DNA of 63,823 nt, filler included, from Nitrospinota bacterium (GTDB taxonomy: Bacteria; JAUXIQ01): assembly GCA_030620925.1 (NCBI GenBank). It is 13 parts of 13 records of this genome, joined end to end, with 100 filler letters (N's around TTAATTAATTAA, not from the genome) between each part and the next. Parts side by side here need not be neighbours in the genome. Positions count along the whole stretch, not along the records: positions 1 to 6,018 come from JAUXIQ010000140.1; positions 6,119 to 9,722 come from JAUXIQ010000300.1; 11 more parts are not named here. The stretch is one strand, 5' to 3'. The notes below the pieces were generated by a model. That model did no database searches. It was not told where the DNA came from and was given only the letters and a program-made list of their open reading frames with translations. The first letter of the stretch is position 1. Every line of letters begins with the position of its first letter. Position numbers and translations under genes: made by a program. Shown here piece after piece: positions 1 through 9,353 of this stretch.

Positions 1-1019
1 CCGTGTATCTGCAGAGCTTCATCCGCCAGGTGGTGGTGCACCCGGGCGGCGAACACCTTGATCATGGCCACCTCTTTTCGATAATCCTTACCTTCCTGGA
101 AAAGCCACGACGCGTGGTAGAGCAGTTGGCGCGAGGCTTCCAAGTCTATGCCCATATCCGCCAGCTTGTGGGCCACCACCTGGAACTTGCTTATGGGTCG
201 GCCGAAAGCCACCCTGTCCTTTGCGTATTGCTGCGCATCCTCGTAAACTTTCTGTGCCGCACCCAGGCTGTAAGCGGAGACGACCAGACGCTCCGCCTGG
301 AAAGTGTTCATGATGGCGTAAAACCCCTGGCCTTCTTCTCCGAGAAGCCTGTCGGCGGGAATGCGACAGTCTTCAAAAGCGAGGGCGGAAGTGCCCGACA
401 CGTGATGACCGATTTTTTTGATCTTTGAACCGGAAAATCCCGAAGTATCGGTATCGAACAGGAGGACGCTGATATCCCTGTGTCTGCCCCCCTTACCCGT
501 CCTCACGGCCAGGACTATGGCATCGGCGAAGCTCCCGTTGGTGATGAACATCTTGCTGCCGTTGATGACGTATTCGTCGCCTTCCCGGATGGCGGTGGTC
601 TCTATGGAAGCCACGTCGGAACCGGCGTTGGGCTCGGTTATGCCCAGGCACAGTATCTTCTCGCCGGTGATGGCCGGCACCAGGTAAGCCTCCTTCTGCG
701 CCGGGGTGGCGTGGACGTTGATGAAATGGGCGGCCATTTCGGAGTGGGTTATGAGACTGTTGGCCACGCCCAGGCTCTGGCTGCGGCCAAGCTCCTCGCA
801 GAGCACGATGGTGGAGAAGAAATCGGCTTCGCTGCCCCCGTATTCGGCGGGGTATCTTATGCCGAAATAGCCCAGCTCACCCACCTTGCTGAAGAGCGCC
901 CTGGGTATCTCTCCCTTCTCCTCCCACTCTTCGATATGCGGGGTTATTTCCGCCTCCACGAATTTCCGCACGCTGTTCCTTAATAAACTGTGTTCTTCAG
1001 TCAGATATATGGATTCCAT
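1..1019 (-). CDS. Acyl-CoA dehydrogenase family protein (3' end outside window)
   Basis: Absent from the ORF track because it runs off the window. My minus-strand translation from ATG 1019 (AAGGA RBS upstream) gives MESIYLTEEHSLLRNSVRKFVEAEITPHIEEWEEKGEIPRALFSKVGELGYFGIRYPAEYGGS, then LGITEPNAGSDV and INGSKMFITNG, typical ACAD motifs. Confidence 0.93.
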   Translation of the reverse strand, partial: MESIYLTEEHSLLRNSVRKFVEAEITPHIEEWEEKGEIPRALFSKVGELGYFGIRYPAEYGGSEADFFSTIVLCEELGRSQSLGVANSLITHSEMAAHFINVHATPAQKEAYLVPAITGEKILCLGITEPNAGSDVASIETTAIREGDEYVINGSKMFITNGSFADAIVLAVRTGKGGRHRDISVLLFDTDTSGFSGSKIKKIGHHVSGTSALAFEDCRIPADRLLGEEGQGFYAIMNTFQAERLVVSAYSLGAAQKVYEDAQQYAKDRVAFGRPISKFQVVAHKLADMGIDLEASRQLLYHASWLFQEGKDYRKEVAMIKVFAARVHHHLADEALQIH

Positions 1020-1117
1020 CTGGACTCAATTCCTTCTGAATGGACGGATTCTAACGGCAGCACGAAATCGTGGCGCCATGCCGCGGAGAAAATCTTTTCG
1101 GGGCCGATTATGGCAGG

Positions 1118-3295
1118 TCAGGGTTTAGATTTCAACAAGTCGGTGCGGTGATGCCACCTGGTCAGGAAGCGGTAGAAGTTCTTTTTGCTATTCCTATCCC
1201 TCTCGTCCTGGGGCATGGCCGCCCAGTCCATACGATCGTAAATCTGGATGGGGAGGTCGGGGGTGGTCTGGAGGATATATCCTTTATCCCGAAACTGGAA
1301 GCTGTAGTCCAGGTCGAGGTTGCGGTAGAACCTGAATTTTTCGTCCATCAGTCCCACCTCACTTAACAGCCCACGCCGGAAAGCGAAGCAGTAGCCGAGC
1401 ATGGCGTCCACCCTGGGGGTGGGCGCATCTTTAAACTCGTGCAGGTCTTCGGTGAGCACCCCACGGGCGCCGGTTACTCCCACCTTTTCATCCGCCAGTG
1501 TCTCGCGGATGGGGCCGAAGACGTCCCCCTTAAGCTCGGCGCAGCCGTCGAGGAGAATCACGTATTTCCCGCAGCTCTGTTTGAGCCCTACGTTCCTTCC
1601 CGCCGCCTCTCCCAGGTAGTGATCGGCGTCTATTATCCGGAGGTTTTCATGGACGACTGAAAAATCTTCTATAAGCTCGGCGGTCTCGTCCAGGGAGCCG
1701 TTCTGGACCAGGATGATCTCCAGGTCGTATCCCTCCGACCAGCTCAGAACGCTGTCCAGACAGCGTTTCAACTCCGGAAAGTTGTCGTGGGCCAGAAGGT
1801 TCACCGAGAACTCACACCCGTCAGGCTCCGATATGAGCGATTCCACCTCGGCGGAGCTCGAAACGGGCTCCGCTCCCCCCTTCCCGGCACCCATCGTAAG
1901 GTAGGGATTGCGAATGGCAAGGGGTCCTTCAGAGGTGTCCATTATCTCGTAGCCGGTGGCCATTATCATTTCCCTCAGCTGGTCGGCCTCGATGAAGCTC
2001 GAGGACTCCCGGTGCGCCTTGCGCTCTTTCAGCGGCTCCTGAACATCCCGGCGCGTCTTCTGATTTTCATAGAGCCATCCCTTGATGTCCAGCCCCAGAA
2101 CCCGATCGAACTCCCATAACAGCCAGAGCTTTTCTCCGGCCGAGAGGTCGGCCTTGAGCATGCGCCACAGAACGGTAAGCGCCCTGGGTAGCGCCAGGTC
2201 GTCGGCTACCGCCTGCCCGAACTCAAGCTCCCAGTGGGCGCATCGCGGGCTTCTGCTCCCCACCCCTCCCGTCTCTCCGGCCAGCAGGGCGGCGTTCTTC
2301 CTTAATTTCAGCAGCCGCGCCTGCGCCGCCTTCAGAGAGCCTATGGTGAAGTTGAGCCGGCTGCGGTAATGGGCGCCGAGACACAGGTATCGGAAGGCCA
2401 GCGGATCGTATCCCCGCTTCTCTATATCGGCGATGATGTAGGCGTTCCCGGTGGATTTGGCCATTTTCAGCCCGTCGGCCAGAAGATGTTGGCCGTGCAC
2501 CCAGTGGTTGACAACGCGGTGCCCCACGGCTGCTTCCGACTGCGCTATCTCACCCTCGTGATGGGGAAAAATGTTATCCACGCCGCCGGTATGTATATCG
2601 AACTCCTCTCCCAGATATTTCATGGACATGGCGGAACACTCGATATGCCACCCCGGAAACCCCTCACCCCAGGGGCTGGGCCACTTCATTTCCCGCCCCG
2701 GTTCGGCGAATTTCCAGAGGGTGAAATCCTCAGGGTTCCGTTTGCTGGTGTCCGCCTCCACCCTCACCCCTTCCAGGAGCGACTCCAATCGGTTGCCGGA
2801 GAGCCGGCCGTAACCCTCAAACCCCTTAACATCGAAATAGATATTGCCCCCGCTCTGATAGGCGTAACCCTGCCCCATAAGGTTCTCTACTATGGCTATC
2901 ATCTCGGGGACGTGTTCGGTGGCTCTGGGAAAATGTTGAGCGGGCAGGATGTTCAGCTTCCGCTCATCGAGGAAAAATGCTTCGGTATAGTATTGAGCTA
3001 TCTCCAGGGGCGTCTTACCGGCGGCCCTGGCGGCGGCGATGACTTTATCTTCGCCGCGCTCCAGCATCTCCTGACGCATGTGGCCGATATCGGTAATGTT
3101 CTTGACGTGCACCACGCGGCAGCCGAAATATTCGAGCGCCCTCCGAAGCCAGTCGGACATGAGGTATATGCGCATGTTGCCGATATGGGGGAAGCGGTAG
3201 ACAGTGGGCCCGCAGGAATAAATTTTCGCCAGCCCCGGCGTTATGGGCTGGAAGGGCTCTTTGTCGCCTGTCAGCGTGTTGAACAGGGTGAGCAT
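1118..3295 (-). CDS. cysS: Cysteine--tRNA ligase fused to a C-terminal GT2 glycosyltransferase domain
   Basis: CysRS motifs YSCGPTVY, HIGN, PGWHIECSAM, FPHHE, KMAKS and an anticodon-domain-like RKAHR..F..AD.LRE. GT2-like region ~1817-1118 (SVNLL, EIILVQNGSLDET, AAGRNVGL, GLMDEKF). Likely start MLTLFNTLTG at 3295; the ORF track starts at 3310. Confidence 0.9.
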   Translation of the reverse strand: MLTLFNTLTGDKEPFQPITPGLAKIYSCGPTVYRFPHIGNMRIYLMSDWLRRALEYFGCRVVHVKNITDIGHMRQEMLERGEDKVIAAARAAGKTPLEIAQYYTEAFFLDERKLNILPAQHFPRATEHVPEMIAIVENLMGQGYAYQSGGNIYFDVKGFEGYGRLSGNRLESLLEGVRVEADTSKRNPEDFTLWKFAEPGREMKWPSPWGEGFPGWHIECSAMSMKYLGEEFDIHTGGVDNIFPHHEGEIAQSEAAVGHRVVNHWVHGQHLLADGLKMAKSTGNAYIIADIEKRGYDPLAFRYLCLGAHYRSRLNFTIGSLKAAQARLLKLRKNAALLAGETGGVGSRSPRCAHWELEFGQAVADDLALPRALTVLWRMLKADLSAGEKLWLLWEFDRVLGLDIKGWLYENQKTRRDVQEPLKERKAHRESSSFIEADQLREMIMATGYEIMDTSEGPLAIRNPYLTMGAGKGGAEPVSSSAEVESLISEPDGCEFSVNLLAHDNFPELKRCLDSVLSWSEGYDLEIILVQNGSLDETAELIEDFSVVHENLRIIDADHYLGEAAGRNVGLKQSCGKYVILLDGCAELKGDVFGPIRETLADEKVGVTGARGVLTEDLHEFKDAPTPRVDAMLGYCFAFRRGLLSEVGLMDEKFRFYRNLDLDYSFQFRDKGYILQTTPDLPIQIYDRMDWAAMPQDERDRNSKKNFYRFLTRWHHRTDLLKSKP

Positions 3296-3430
3296 GGGTC
3301 CCGCCAGCATATTGAAGATGGAAAAAGTAAAAGGAAATCAGTATCCTATATTAGATTTTATTCGATGCTGGGGGCAGAGTCAAAACCGTTTTCCGCTGTG
3401 GAATACTCTATTTCCGGAACCCCGCGACTT

Positions 3431-4480
3431 TCATGCCGGAGTGGGCTCCACGAAAGTCAGAATCCTCGCCGGATTTTCCACCATTATGGTTTGCAAGTCT
3501 TCATCAGTGATACCGGCGGCTCGCATATAGGGGGGAAGATGGTTCAGGATGTGGGAGATGCCCCATCCCCCGTATCGCTGGAGGCAAATCTTGAAGCAGG
3601 CGTCATGGGAGATGAGCAGGTTGCTCAGGAACCCGGAGTCTATCATTTCTTTGACGGCGTCGATGGAAACCATGTCCGAGGAGAAATGAGTCCGGTAGGT
3701 GTCCTGATAAATCTCCATCCCGAAGGTATCGTATTCGGTGTAAGCCCCCTTTGCGGCGATGGCTTTATGGTAATCCAGATCGTCCGCAGTGGCGTTCATG
3801 TGGCATATTATCACCCGTTCGAGCCTGGCCCCTTCCTCTTCCAGTATGTCAAGAATGCGCAAACCCTCTTTCCTATGGGGGTGCGGGTGAACGCTGAGGG
3901 GGGCGCCGGTCCGCAGGCTGGCTACGGCCGCCGCCCGCAGGACCTTCTCCTCATCGGGGGTAATGGGCGAGCTGGTCCCTATCTCACCGATGAGCCCCGG
4001 CCGGACCCCTACCCTCCTGACCCCGTCGGTTATCTCCCCAATCAACTGGTCGGCTATCTCCTGAACCGATTTCTGGGCCACTTCGGGCGGATGAGAAGCC
4101 TGGGTATAGTATCCGCTGCCCATTATTATGTTCAGTCCAGTCTGTTGGGCCACGCTTTTCAGCGCCGCAGGGTCGCGGCCGATACCCATATTGGTGACGT
4201 CTACTATACTTTTTCCCCCGGCCCTCTTGAAAGCGATGGCCTCTTCCAGGGCCACCTCGATGTCGAACTGGACCAGGTTGTCCAGATTAGTCAACGGGTT
4301 CCGCCTAACTTCTCCCAGGTTGGTGATCTCCAGGGGAGCGTGAGCGATGGCCTTTTTAGTGGCCTCCTTGGGCTCGTTCCACCAGCAGCGGCCGTCCATG
4401 AACAGGTGCTCGTGAGTTAACGTTATCCCCAATTCCCCGGGCTCTATGGGGCCCAACACGGTCATGACTTTGCCTTCCAT
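3431..4480 (-). CDS. Phosphotriesterase-family (PTE/PHP-like) metallohydrolase
   Basis: VMTVLGPI..LGITLTHEHL, DVTNMGIGRD, IGEIG, SVHP, ICHM and ISHD metal-ligand pattern. Start taken at MEGKVMTV (4480). Confidence 0.9.
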   Translation of the reverse strand: MEGKVMTVLGPIEPGELGITLTHEHLFMDGRCWWNEPKEATKKAIAHAPLEITNLGEVRRNPLTNLDNLVQFDIEVALEEAIAFKRAGGKSIVDVTNMGIGRDPAALKSVAQQTGLNIIMGSGYYTQASHPPEVAQKSVQEIADQLIGEITDGVRRVGVRPGLIGEIGTSSPITPDEEKVLRAAAVASLRTGAPLSVHPHPHRKEGLRILDILEEEGARLERVIICHMNATADDLDYHKAIAAKGAYTEYDTFGMEIYQDTYRTHFSSDMVSIDAVKEMIDSGFLSNLLISHDACFKICLQRYGGWGISHILNHLPPYMRAAGITDEDLQTIMVENPARILTFVEPTPA

Positions 4481-4527
4481 GTATCGCCTCTCAGTTATTA
4501 GGATTAAACCTTTGAAGAAACCTGCAA

Positions 4528-5469
4528 TCAACCGCCCGCTTCTTCTCCTTCCACCACGTTTTTCACCATGGACCTGAAGAGCGCTTGCATGATATCCTTG
4601 GGAACCACCCCTTCACCGGCCTCGCCTAAGTAGTCGTCAGTGACCTGCATCGTGGTTTCCTCGATGTCCCCCGTGCTTCTGTAAATGGATAGCATCTTCT
4701 GCCTGAAATTCTCGGTGGCTTCGAGGGACTTTCTCAAGTAGTCGCGCCCCTCCTCTCCGGTAAATATGCCGTGATTGGGGGCACCCACCATTTCTATGGG
4801 ATAGTCTTTGAGACGTGAGAGCGATCGCTGAAACTGCAGATAGTCCTCGTTACCCATGGGGAAGACCACCCCGTTTGCGTCCGGTATTCCCGCGGCGTCC
4901 GTCCCGAAGAGAGCTTTAATGACGGGAACATAGGCGGCGATGGCGCAGGAGCTGTGCCCCGGCATGGCAATTATCTCGACGGTGACACCCTGGCCCAGGT
5001 CTATCACATCTCCATCGCCCACCGCCTCATCCACCTCTATGCCATCGAAGGCGAGGGACAACCCGCCCCAGTCCTCGGCCATGCCGTGCTTCTCAAGCTC
5101 CTGCCGGTTCATATACTGGATGAACTTAACGGCCTTTTCCTTGGCATAAATTTCCCTGGCGCGGTGAGAAGCCACCACCTTGATGTGCGGGAGCTTTTTC
5201 TTGATGGGCGGCACTGCGCCGCAGTGGTCGTAGTGGGAATGAAGGATGAGGTAGCGTGTTATGCGGCCGGTGTCTATGCCCCTCTCCTCTATCTGCTGGA
5301 GAAGTGTAGGGACCAAATAACTCATGGCGCCCTCGATCAACATATATTCCTCACCCTTCAACAGGTAAGTACACATATCGAATTCGCCCAGATATTCCAG
5401 CCGCTCGTTTATGGTGGCCGGCTCTTTAATCCACATTTGTTGTATCCTCTCATCTGAAATTGTTGTCAC
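4528..5469 (-). CDS. MBL-fold metallo-hydrolase
   Basis: HSHYDHCG (HxHxDH), PGHS, GTDA motifs. Confidence 0.88.
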   Translation of the reverse strand: MTTISDERIQQMWIKEPATINERLEYLGEFDMCTYLLKGEEYMLIEGAMSYLVPTLLQQIEERGIDTGRITRYLILHSHYDHCGAVPPIKKKLPHIKVVASHRAREIYAKEKAVKFIQYMNRQELEKHGMAEDWGGLSLAFDGIEVDEAVGDGDVIDLGQGVTVEIIAMPGHSSCAIAAYVPVIKALFGTDAAGIPDANGVVFPMGNEDYLQFQRSLSRLKDYPIEMVGAPNHGIFTGEEGRDYLRKSLEATENFRQKMLSIYRSTGDIEETTMQVTDDYLGEAGEGVVPKDIMQALFRSMVKNVVEGEEAGG

Positions 5470-5763
5470 TCAAACGGGTCAGTAATTTTTCTACTCGATC
5501 AACGCCGCTTCCCAGTGTAGTTACCACAAATAGACTTCAAATTCCACCTTAATGGTCGCTCATACTTCATAAAACGAAATTCAGCAACACGATCCGGTCG
5601 GGCTGAAGCTTCAGGCTGATCCTGCCGACCGGAGCAATCTCAGGCCCCCTGCCTGCGCCGGGGTTGTTATATTAAATGTTTGCATCAATTTTAAGCGGTA
5701 TGCTATTATTTTGTAATTACCAGGAAAACAAGTTTTTCTGTTCTTCGTTACCAGGTGGATGAA

Positions 5764-6018
5764 ATGAACGACCAGGATGAAATTACCGACCTCGCAAAAG
5801 ATGTGCTCACCATAGAGAGCAGCGCCATAAACGCGCTCATACCCCGCATCGGAAAATCTTTCCTGCAAGCCGTGGACATATTGTACGACTGTAAGGGAAA
5901 AGTGATCGTTACCGGGATGGGCAAATCGGGGCTGGTGGCCGGTAAAATAGCGTCCACCCTGGCCAGCACGGGAACGCCCGCTTTCTTCCTCCATCCCGCC
6001 GAGGGGAGCCACGGGGAC
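5764..6018 (+). CDS. kdsD: KpsF/GutQ family arabinose-5-phosphate isomerase (truncated at linker)
   Basis: SIS motif GKVIVTGMGKSGLVAGKIASTLASTGTPAFFLHPAEGSHGD. Confidence 0.88.
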
Positions 6019-6118
6019 NNNNNNNNNNNNNNNNNNNNNNNNNNNNNNNNNNNNNNNNNNNNTTAATTAATTAANNNNNNNNNNNNNNNNNNNNNNNNNN
6101 NNNNNNNNNNNNNNNNNN
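6019..6118. other. Artificial contig linker (first of 12)
   Basis: 44 N + TTAATTAATTAA (stops in all six frames) + 44 N. The same linker is at 9723-9822, 14123-14222, 18486-18585, 21165-21264, 23923-24022, 38837-38936, 42021-42120, 47753-47852, 52973-53072, 56371-56470 and 60085-60184. Confidence 0.99.
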
Positions 6119-6387
6119 AGCCCCTCTACGGTGCCCACGTGTTCCGCCACCCATTCCCTGAGCGGGCTCCAGCCCCTGTCGGCGCCGTAGCCCAGTGCTT
6201 GTACGATGTCGGTGGCGAAAGTGTGGTCCACGACCGCTTTGATGCGGTCGAGCGGGTAGGATGAGGCGCAGGGTACGCCCGCTGCGAAGGAGATTACTTC
6301 AGGCTTCTCGATGAGCGCGAACAGCCCGTCCAGGTCTGAGACCCCGATGGCCTCCACCCTGTCAGCGAACAGCTCTTCCCAGTCCAT
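6119..6387 (-). CDS. PLP-dependent aminotransferase, class I/LysN-like (N-terminal part, truncated)
   Basis: MDWEELFADRV..., PEVISFAAGVP, ALGYG..GW.PLREWVA. Confidence 0.8.
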
Positions 6388-6412
6388 GAACGCTCCTCGG
6401 CAAATTCAAAGG

Positions 6413-6805
6413 TTATCCTATAACGGCTATGGCTTCCACTTCGAGGAGAATGCCGGGACGGAGCAGACCGGCCACCACGATACCTGTGGCCGCCGGAAAG
6501 TTGTCTTTAAAAATCTCCGCCCGCGCCTCGAGCAGCCCTTCCAGATTTTCCTGAGTGACCAGATAATAGCGGCTGAGGACGATATCTTTCAGGGAGCCGC
6601 CCGCCTCATCGAGCATCATGCCTATCTTCTGGTAGATGTAGCGGTACTGGGCGACCAGGTCCCCCTCGCCCACGAGGTTGCCGTCTCCGTCCACGGAGGT
6701 GGTTCCCCCGATGAAGAGGAACTTCCCCTCTTTCATCACCGCCGGGTTATAGGGCAGGCTGTCATACCGCTTCCAACCCGGGTTTATAATTTTGAGCTCG
6801 CCCAT
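6413..6805 (-). CDS. RidA/YjgF/UK114 family protein
   Basis: YNPAV..G..LFIGGT, AGGSLKDIV, FPAATGIVVAGL...LLEVEAIAV. Confidence 0.88.
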   Translation of the reverse strand: MGELKIINPGWKRYDSLPYNPAVMKEGKFLFIGGTTSVDGDGNLVGEGDLVAQYRYIYQKIGMMLDEAGGSLKDIVLSRYYLVTQENLEGLLEARAEIFKDNFPAATGIVVAGLLRPGILLEVEAIAVIG

Positions 6806-6819
6806 TATATCTCCCCTTT

Positions 6820-8019
6820 CTACTTCTTATCATCCATGGAAATCAGCAGTCCCTTTTCTTCCTCCCCTTTGAGAGCGGCCCTGATAGTGGCGTTGTTGGG
6901 GGGGCAGCCGGGAACGAATTTTTCCCCTCTCTTTTCCACGGGAACGCATATACCCACTGCGAACAGGTCATTGGGGTCAGTCTCCGGGATGTCGATGTCT
7001 CCGGTGAAAATGGTGCGGTTCTTGAGGCAGTCCATTTCCTTTGGGGTTCTCTTCAGGTCGAAGATGCTGCTCATGACCGCGTTGCGGCAGCCGGTGCAGG
7101 TGCCCTCCCAGTGGACCAGGTTGAAGCCCTCGATGTCCAGCGCCTGCGACTCGCTCACCCGCTTGAAGCGACGGGCCACCGAGTCTATGCTTTGCCCGAC
7201 TATTTCTATTTTGTCCAGGTCGGCTTCTCCCAGGCCCCGTTCGGCGGCGTACATGGTGATGAGCACTTCTTCCGGCTCGAACCCCATGGTCTTGCCCACC
7301 ACGGCGTCCACGGCCACCATGTCCTTTCCGGCCAGGATGAGGTTCATCTCCACCGCCTCGCCGAAGACGGGCCCCATGCCTTCCATGCCCACTATGCCGT
7401 CCACCACAACCAGATGTGCCGGGCATTTTGACATCAGGTCGATTAAGCCTTCGAACAGACCTTCCTGATGGAGCTTCCTCTTGTAGGTGTCGTTGATGAT
7501 GCCCTTCATGTTCTTGATGGCGCAGGTTACCTCGGAGTTGTCGTGGGTCTTCATCTTGGGCACGTCGATGATGACGTCCGCTTGAGCGGCCAGCTCGTAT
7601 ACCATCAGTTCCTTAACTACTTTTCCGTCGGGGCATGGCACCTTGAAGTCGGGGTAATTTTTGAGGTTCACGACCTCGTATCCCTTTTCCCGCAGGGCAG
7701 CGAAACCGGCGCCTTCTATGGCCTCATCGGTGTCTATTCCGATACCGGAGGACTCCCCGATGATGGGATGCGCTCCCAGCTCTTTCACCATATCCGCTAT
7801 TGCGATACACACCGGCGGCTCGTTGACGGCCCCGTGGCTAACATGGGCCGGAGGTGCACACAGGTTGGGTTTGATAAGTACTTTGTCACCGGCCTTGACC
7901 ACGCTCCCCAGGCCACCGACCATGTCGATAGCCTCACGCACCGCGGTGTTGACGGCCCCCTGGTCGGGCGAAGACTCTGTTTTCACTATGGAGACGGTGC
8001 TGCTTTTGCCTGCTGCCAT
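6820..8019 (-). CDS. DUF362 domain protein with C-terminal Cys-rich Fe-S-like extension
   Basis: GDKVLIKPNL, IIDVPKMKTH, TCAIKNMKG, VVDGIVGMEG.GP, DMVAVDAV; C-terminal CTGC...GIC...GCPP. Confidence 0.85.
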   Translation of the reverse strand: MAAGKSSTVSIVKTESSPDQGAVNTAVREAIDMVGGLGSVVKAGDKVLIKPNLCAPPAHVSHGAVNEPPVCIAIADMVKELGAHPIIGESSGIGIDTDEAIEGAGFAALREKGYEVVNLKNYPDFKVPCPDGKVVKELMVYELAAQADVIIDVPKMKTHDNSEVTCAIKNMKGIINDTYKRKLHQEGLFEGLIDLMSKCPAHLVVVDGIVGMEGMGPVFGEAVEMNLILAGKDMVAVDAVVGKTMGFEPEEVLITMYAAERGLGEADLDKIEIVGQSIDSVARRFKRVSESQALDIEGFNLVHWEGTCTGCRNAVMSSIFDLKRTPKEMDCLKNRTIFTGDIDIPETDPNDLFAVGICVPVEKRGEKFVPGCPPNNATIRAALKGEEEKGLLISMDDKK

Positions 8020-8360
8020 TATGACTCTCCTCTTAAAGCGGACGCCTTCTTTTTTCTCCCCATGAGCTCCGGAAGAGATTCAGCTCTCCGATAAATTGAA
8101 AGGTAATTGTATCCGGGACATGAAAAAAATCAAACTATTTTATTCGGAAATGAAAGGATTGAGCTTTGACGGAGCACTATCGACCTGTCTGGAAGGGGGC
8201 AATTTAGTGCCGTATTGCATTAAAATGATATTTGGGCTATCATTCATCTCACACTTTTAGTTGACTGTTGAGAGTAATTAAAAGTTATGGGAAAAGGGTG
8301 CGGGAATTCCGCTCCGGCGGTGTTCCAAAGGGTTTTCTCCAGGGATAGGAGGAGCGAGAA

Positions 8361-9131
8361 GTGAGAGAAAATCATGTTAAGAAGGCCCTCAAAGAAGGGA
8401 AGAAGACTTGCGGGGCATGGCTGCAGATGTGCAGCCCCGTGGCGGCGGAGATAATGGGCGGCGCCGGGTTCGACTGGATATTGGTGGATATGGAGCATGG
8501 GCCGGGCGACTTCCAGATGCTCATGTATCAGCTTCAAGCGATGAGCGCTTTTGATTCCATTCCGCTGGTGCGCGCACCTTGGAACGACGTGGCGACTATC
8601 AAGAGGATACTGGACGTGGGCTCTTATGGCGTGATGATCCCCTGGATAAACGACAAAGAGCAGTGCCAGGCGGCGGTGGAGGCCTGCAAGTACCCGCCTC
8701 AGGGCGTACGCGGCACGGCGGGTCCTGTGCGGGCGGCGGATTATGGCCGGGATTGGAAAAACTACCTGCCCCGGGCCAACGATGAGATTATGGTCATCAT
8801 CCAGATAGAGACCATCACCGCGGTGAATAACGCTGAGGATATACTCTCGGTGGAGGGAGTGGACGTGGCTTTCATCGGCCCTTCAGACCTCTCTTCTTCC
8901 ATGGGTCATACCGGAAACATGGGGCATCCGGATGTGCAGGAAGCGATCGGACGGGCGGAAGATGTGGCCAAGGCGAAAGGTATACCCCTGGGTACGGTCT
9001 CCACCAGCTTTGAACGGGCGGCGGAGCTCTACGGCCGCGGGTACCAGTTCATAACCCTGTGCGCCGACAGCTCGCTCATCACCCAGGGGACCGCTCGATT
9101 TGTGAAGAGTTTCCGAGAGGAAATTGGCTAG
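8361..9131 (+). CDS. HpcH/HpaI (KDG-type) class II aldolase family protein
   Basis: GFDWILVDMEHGP, PLVR, YPPQGVRG, IQIET, AFIGPSDLS. Confidence 0.92.
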   Translation: MRENHVKKALKEGKKTCGAWLQMCSPVAAEIMGGAGFDWILVDMEHGPGDFQMLMYQLQAMSAFDSIPLVRAPWNDVATIKRILDVGSYGVMIPWINDKEQCQAAVEACKYPPQGVRGTAGPVRAADYGRDWKNYLPRANDEIMVIIQIETITAVNNAEDILSVEGVDVAFIGPSDLSSSMGHTGNMGHPDVQEAIGRAEDVAKAKGIPLGTVSTSFERAAELYGRGYQFITLCADSSLITQGTARFVKSFREEIG

Positions 9132-9219
9132 TTATTCAGGGGTGCCTTTTTAGAAAAACAGGTGCCTCCGAGCCCCCTCTAAGAACTTTTGTGCAAAATG
9201 CGGGATACACCAAATGTAT

Positions 9220-9269
9220 GTAGGAGCGGCATCTTGCCGCGACCTGTCGCACCTGGAAGGTGCTCCTAC
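9220..9269. repeat. GTAG-type REP-like palindromic doublet
   Basis: GTAGGAGCggcatcttgccgc...ggtGCTCCTAC, with inverted GTAGGAGC ends and an internal GCGGCA/TGCCGC hairpin. Confidence 0.7.
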
Positions 9270-9353
9270 GATTATGTATGAAGTTTATTGTGCATCATGC
9301 ATGTAAACATACATGGGTTCTCTCCGTAATCCTCCAAAGAGAGGTGAGTTGTG

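Noticed and set aside
3-1128. Several plus-strand ORFs at the window start
   Set aside because: Shadows of the minus-strand acyl-CoA dehydrogenase.
1118-3295. Plain MshC (mycothiol ligase) call
   Set aside because: It retains the CysRS anticodon-binding region that MshC lacks, and the fused GT is GT2, not MshA-type GT4.
2369-4420. 683-aa plus-strand ORF
   Set aside because: Antisense shadow of cysS and the PTE gene, with no recognisable motifs.
6019-6118. Twelve identical TTAATTAATTAA-containing repeats, and ORFs ending in X...LIN
   Set aside because: Artificial contig linkers; not biological repeats, and synteny across them is meaningless.
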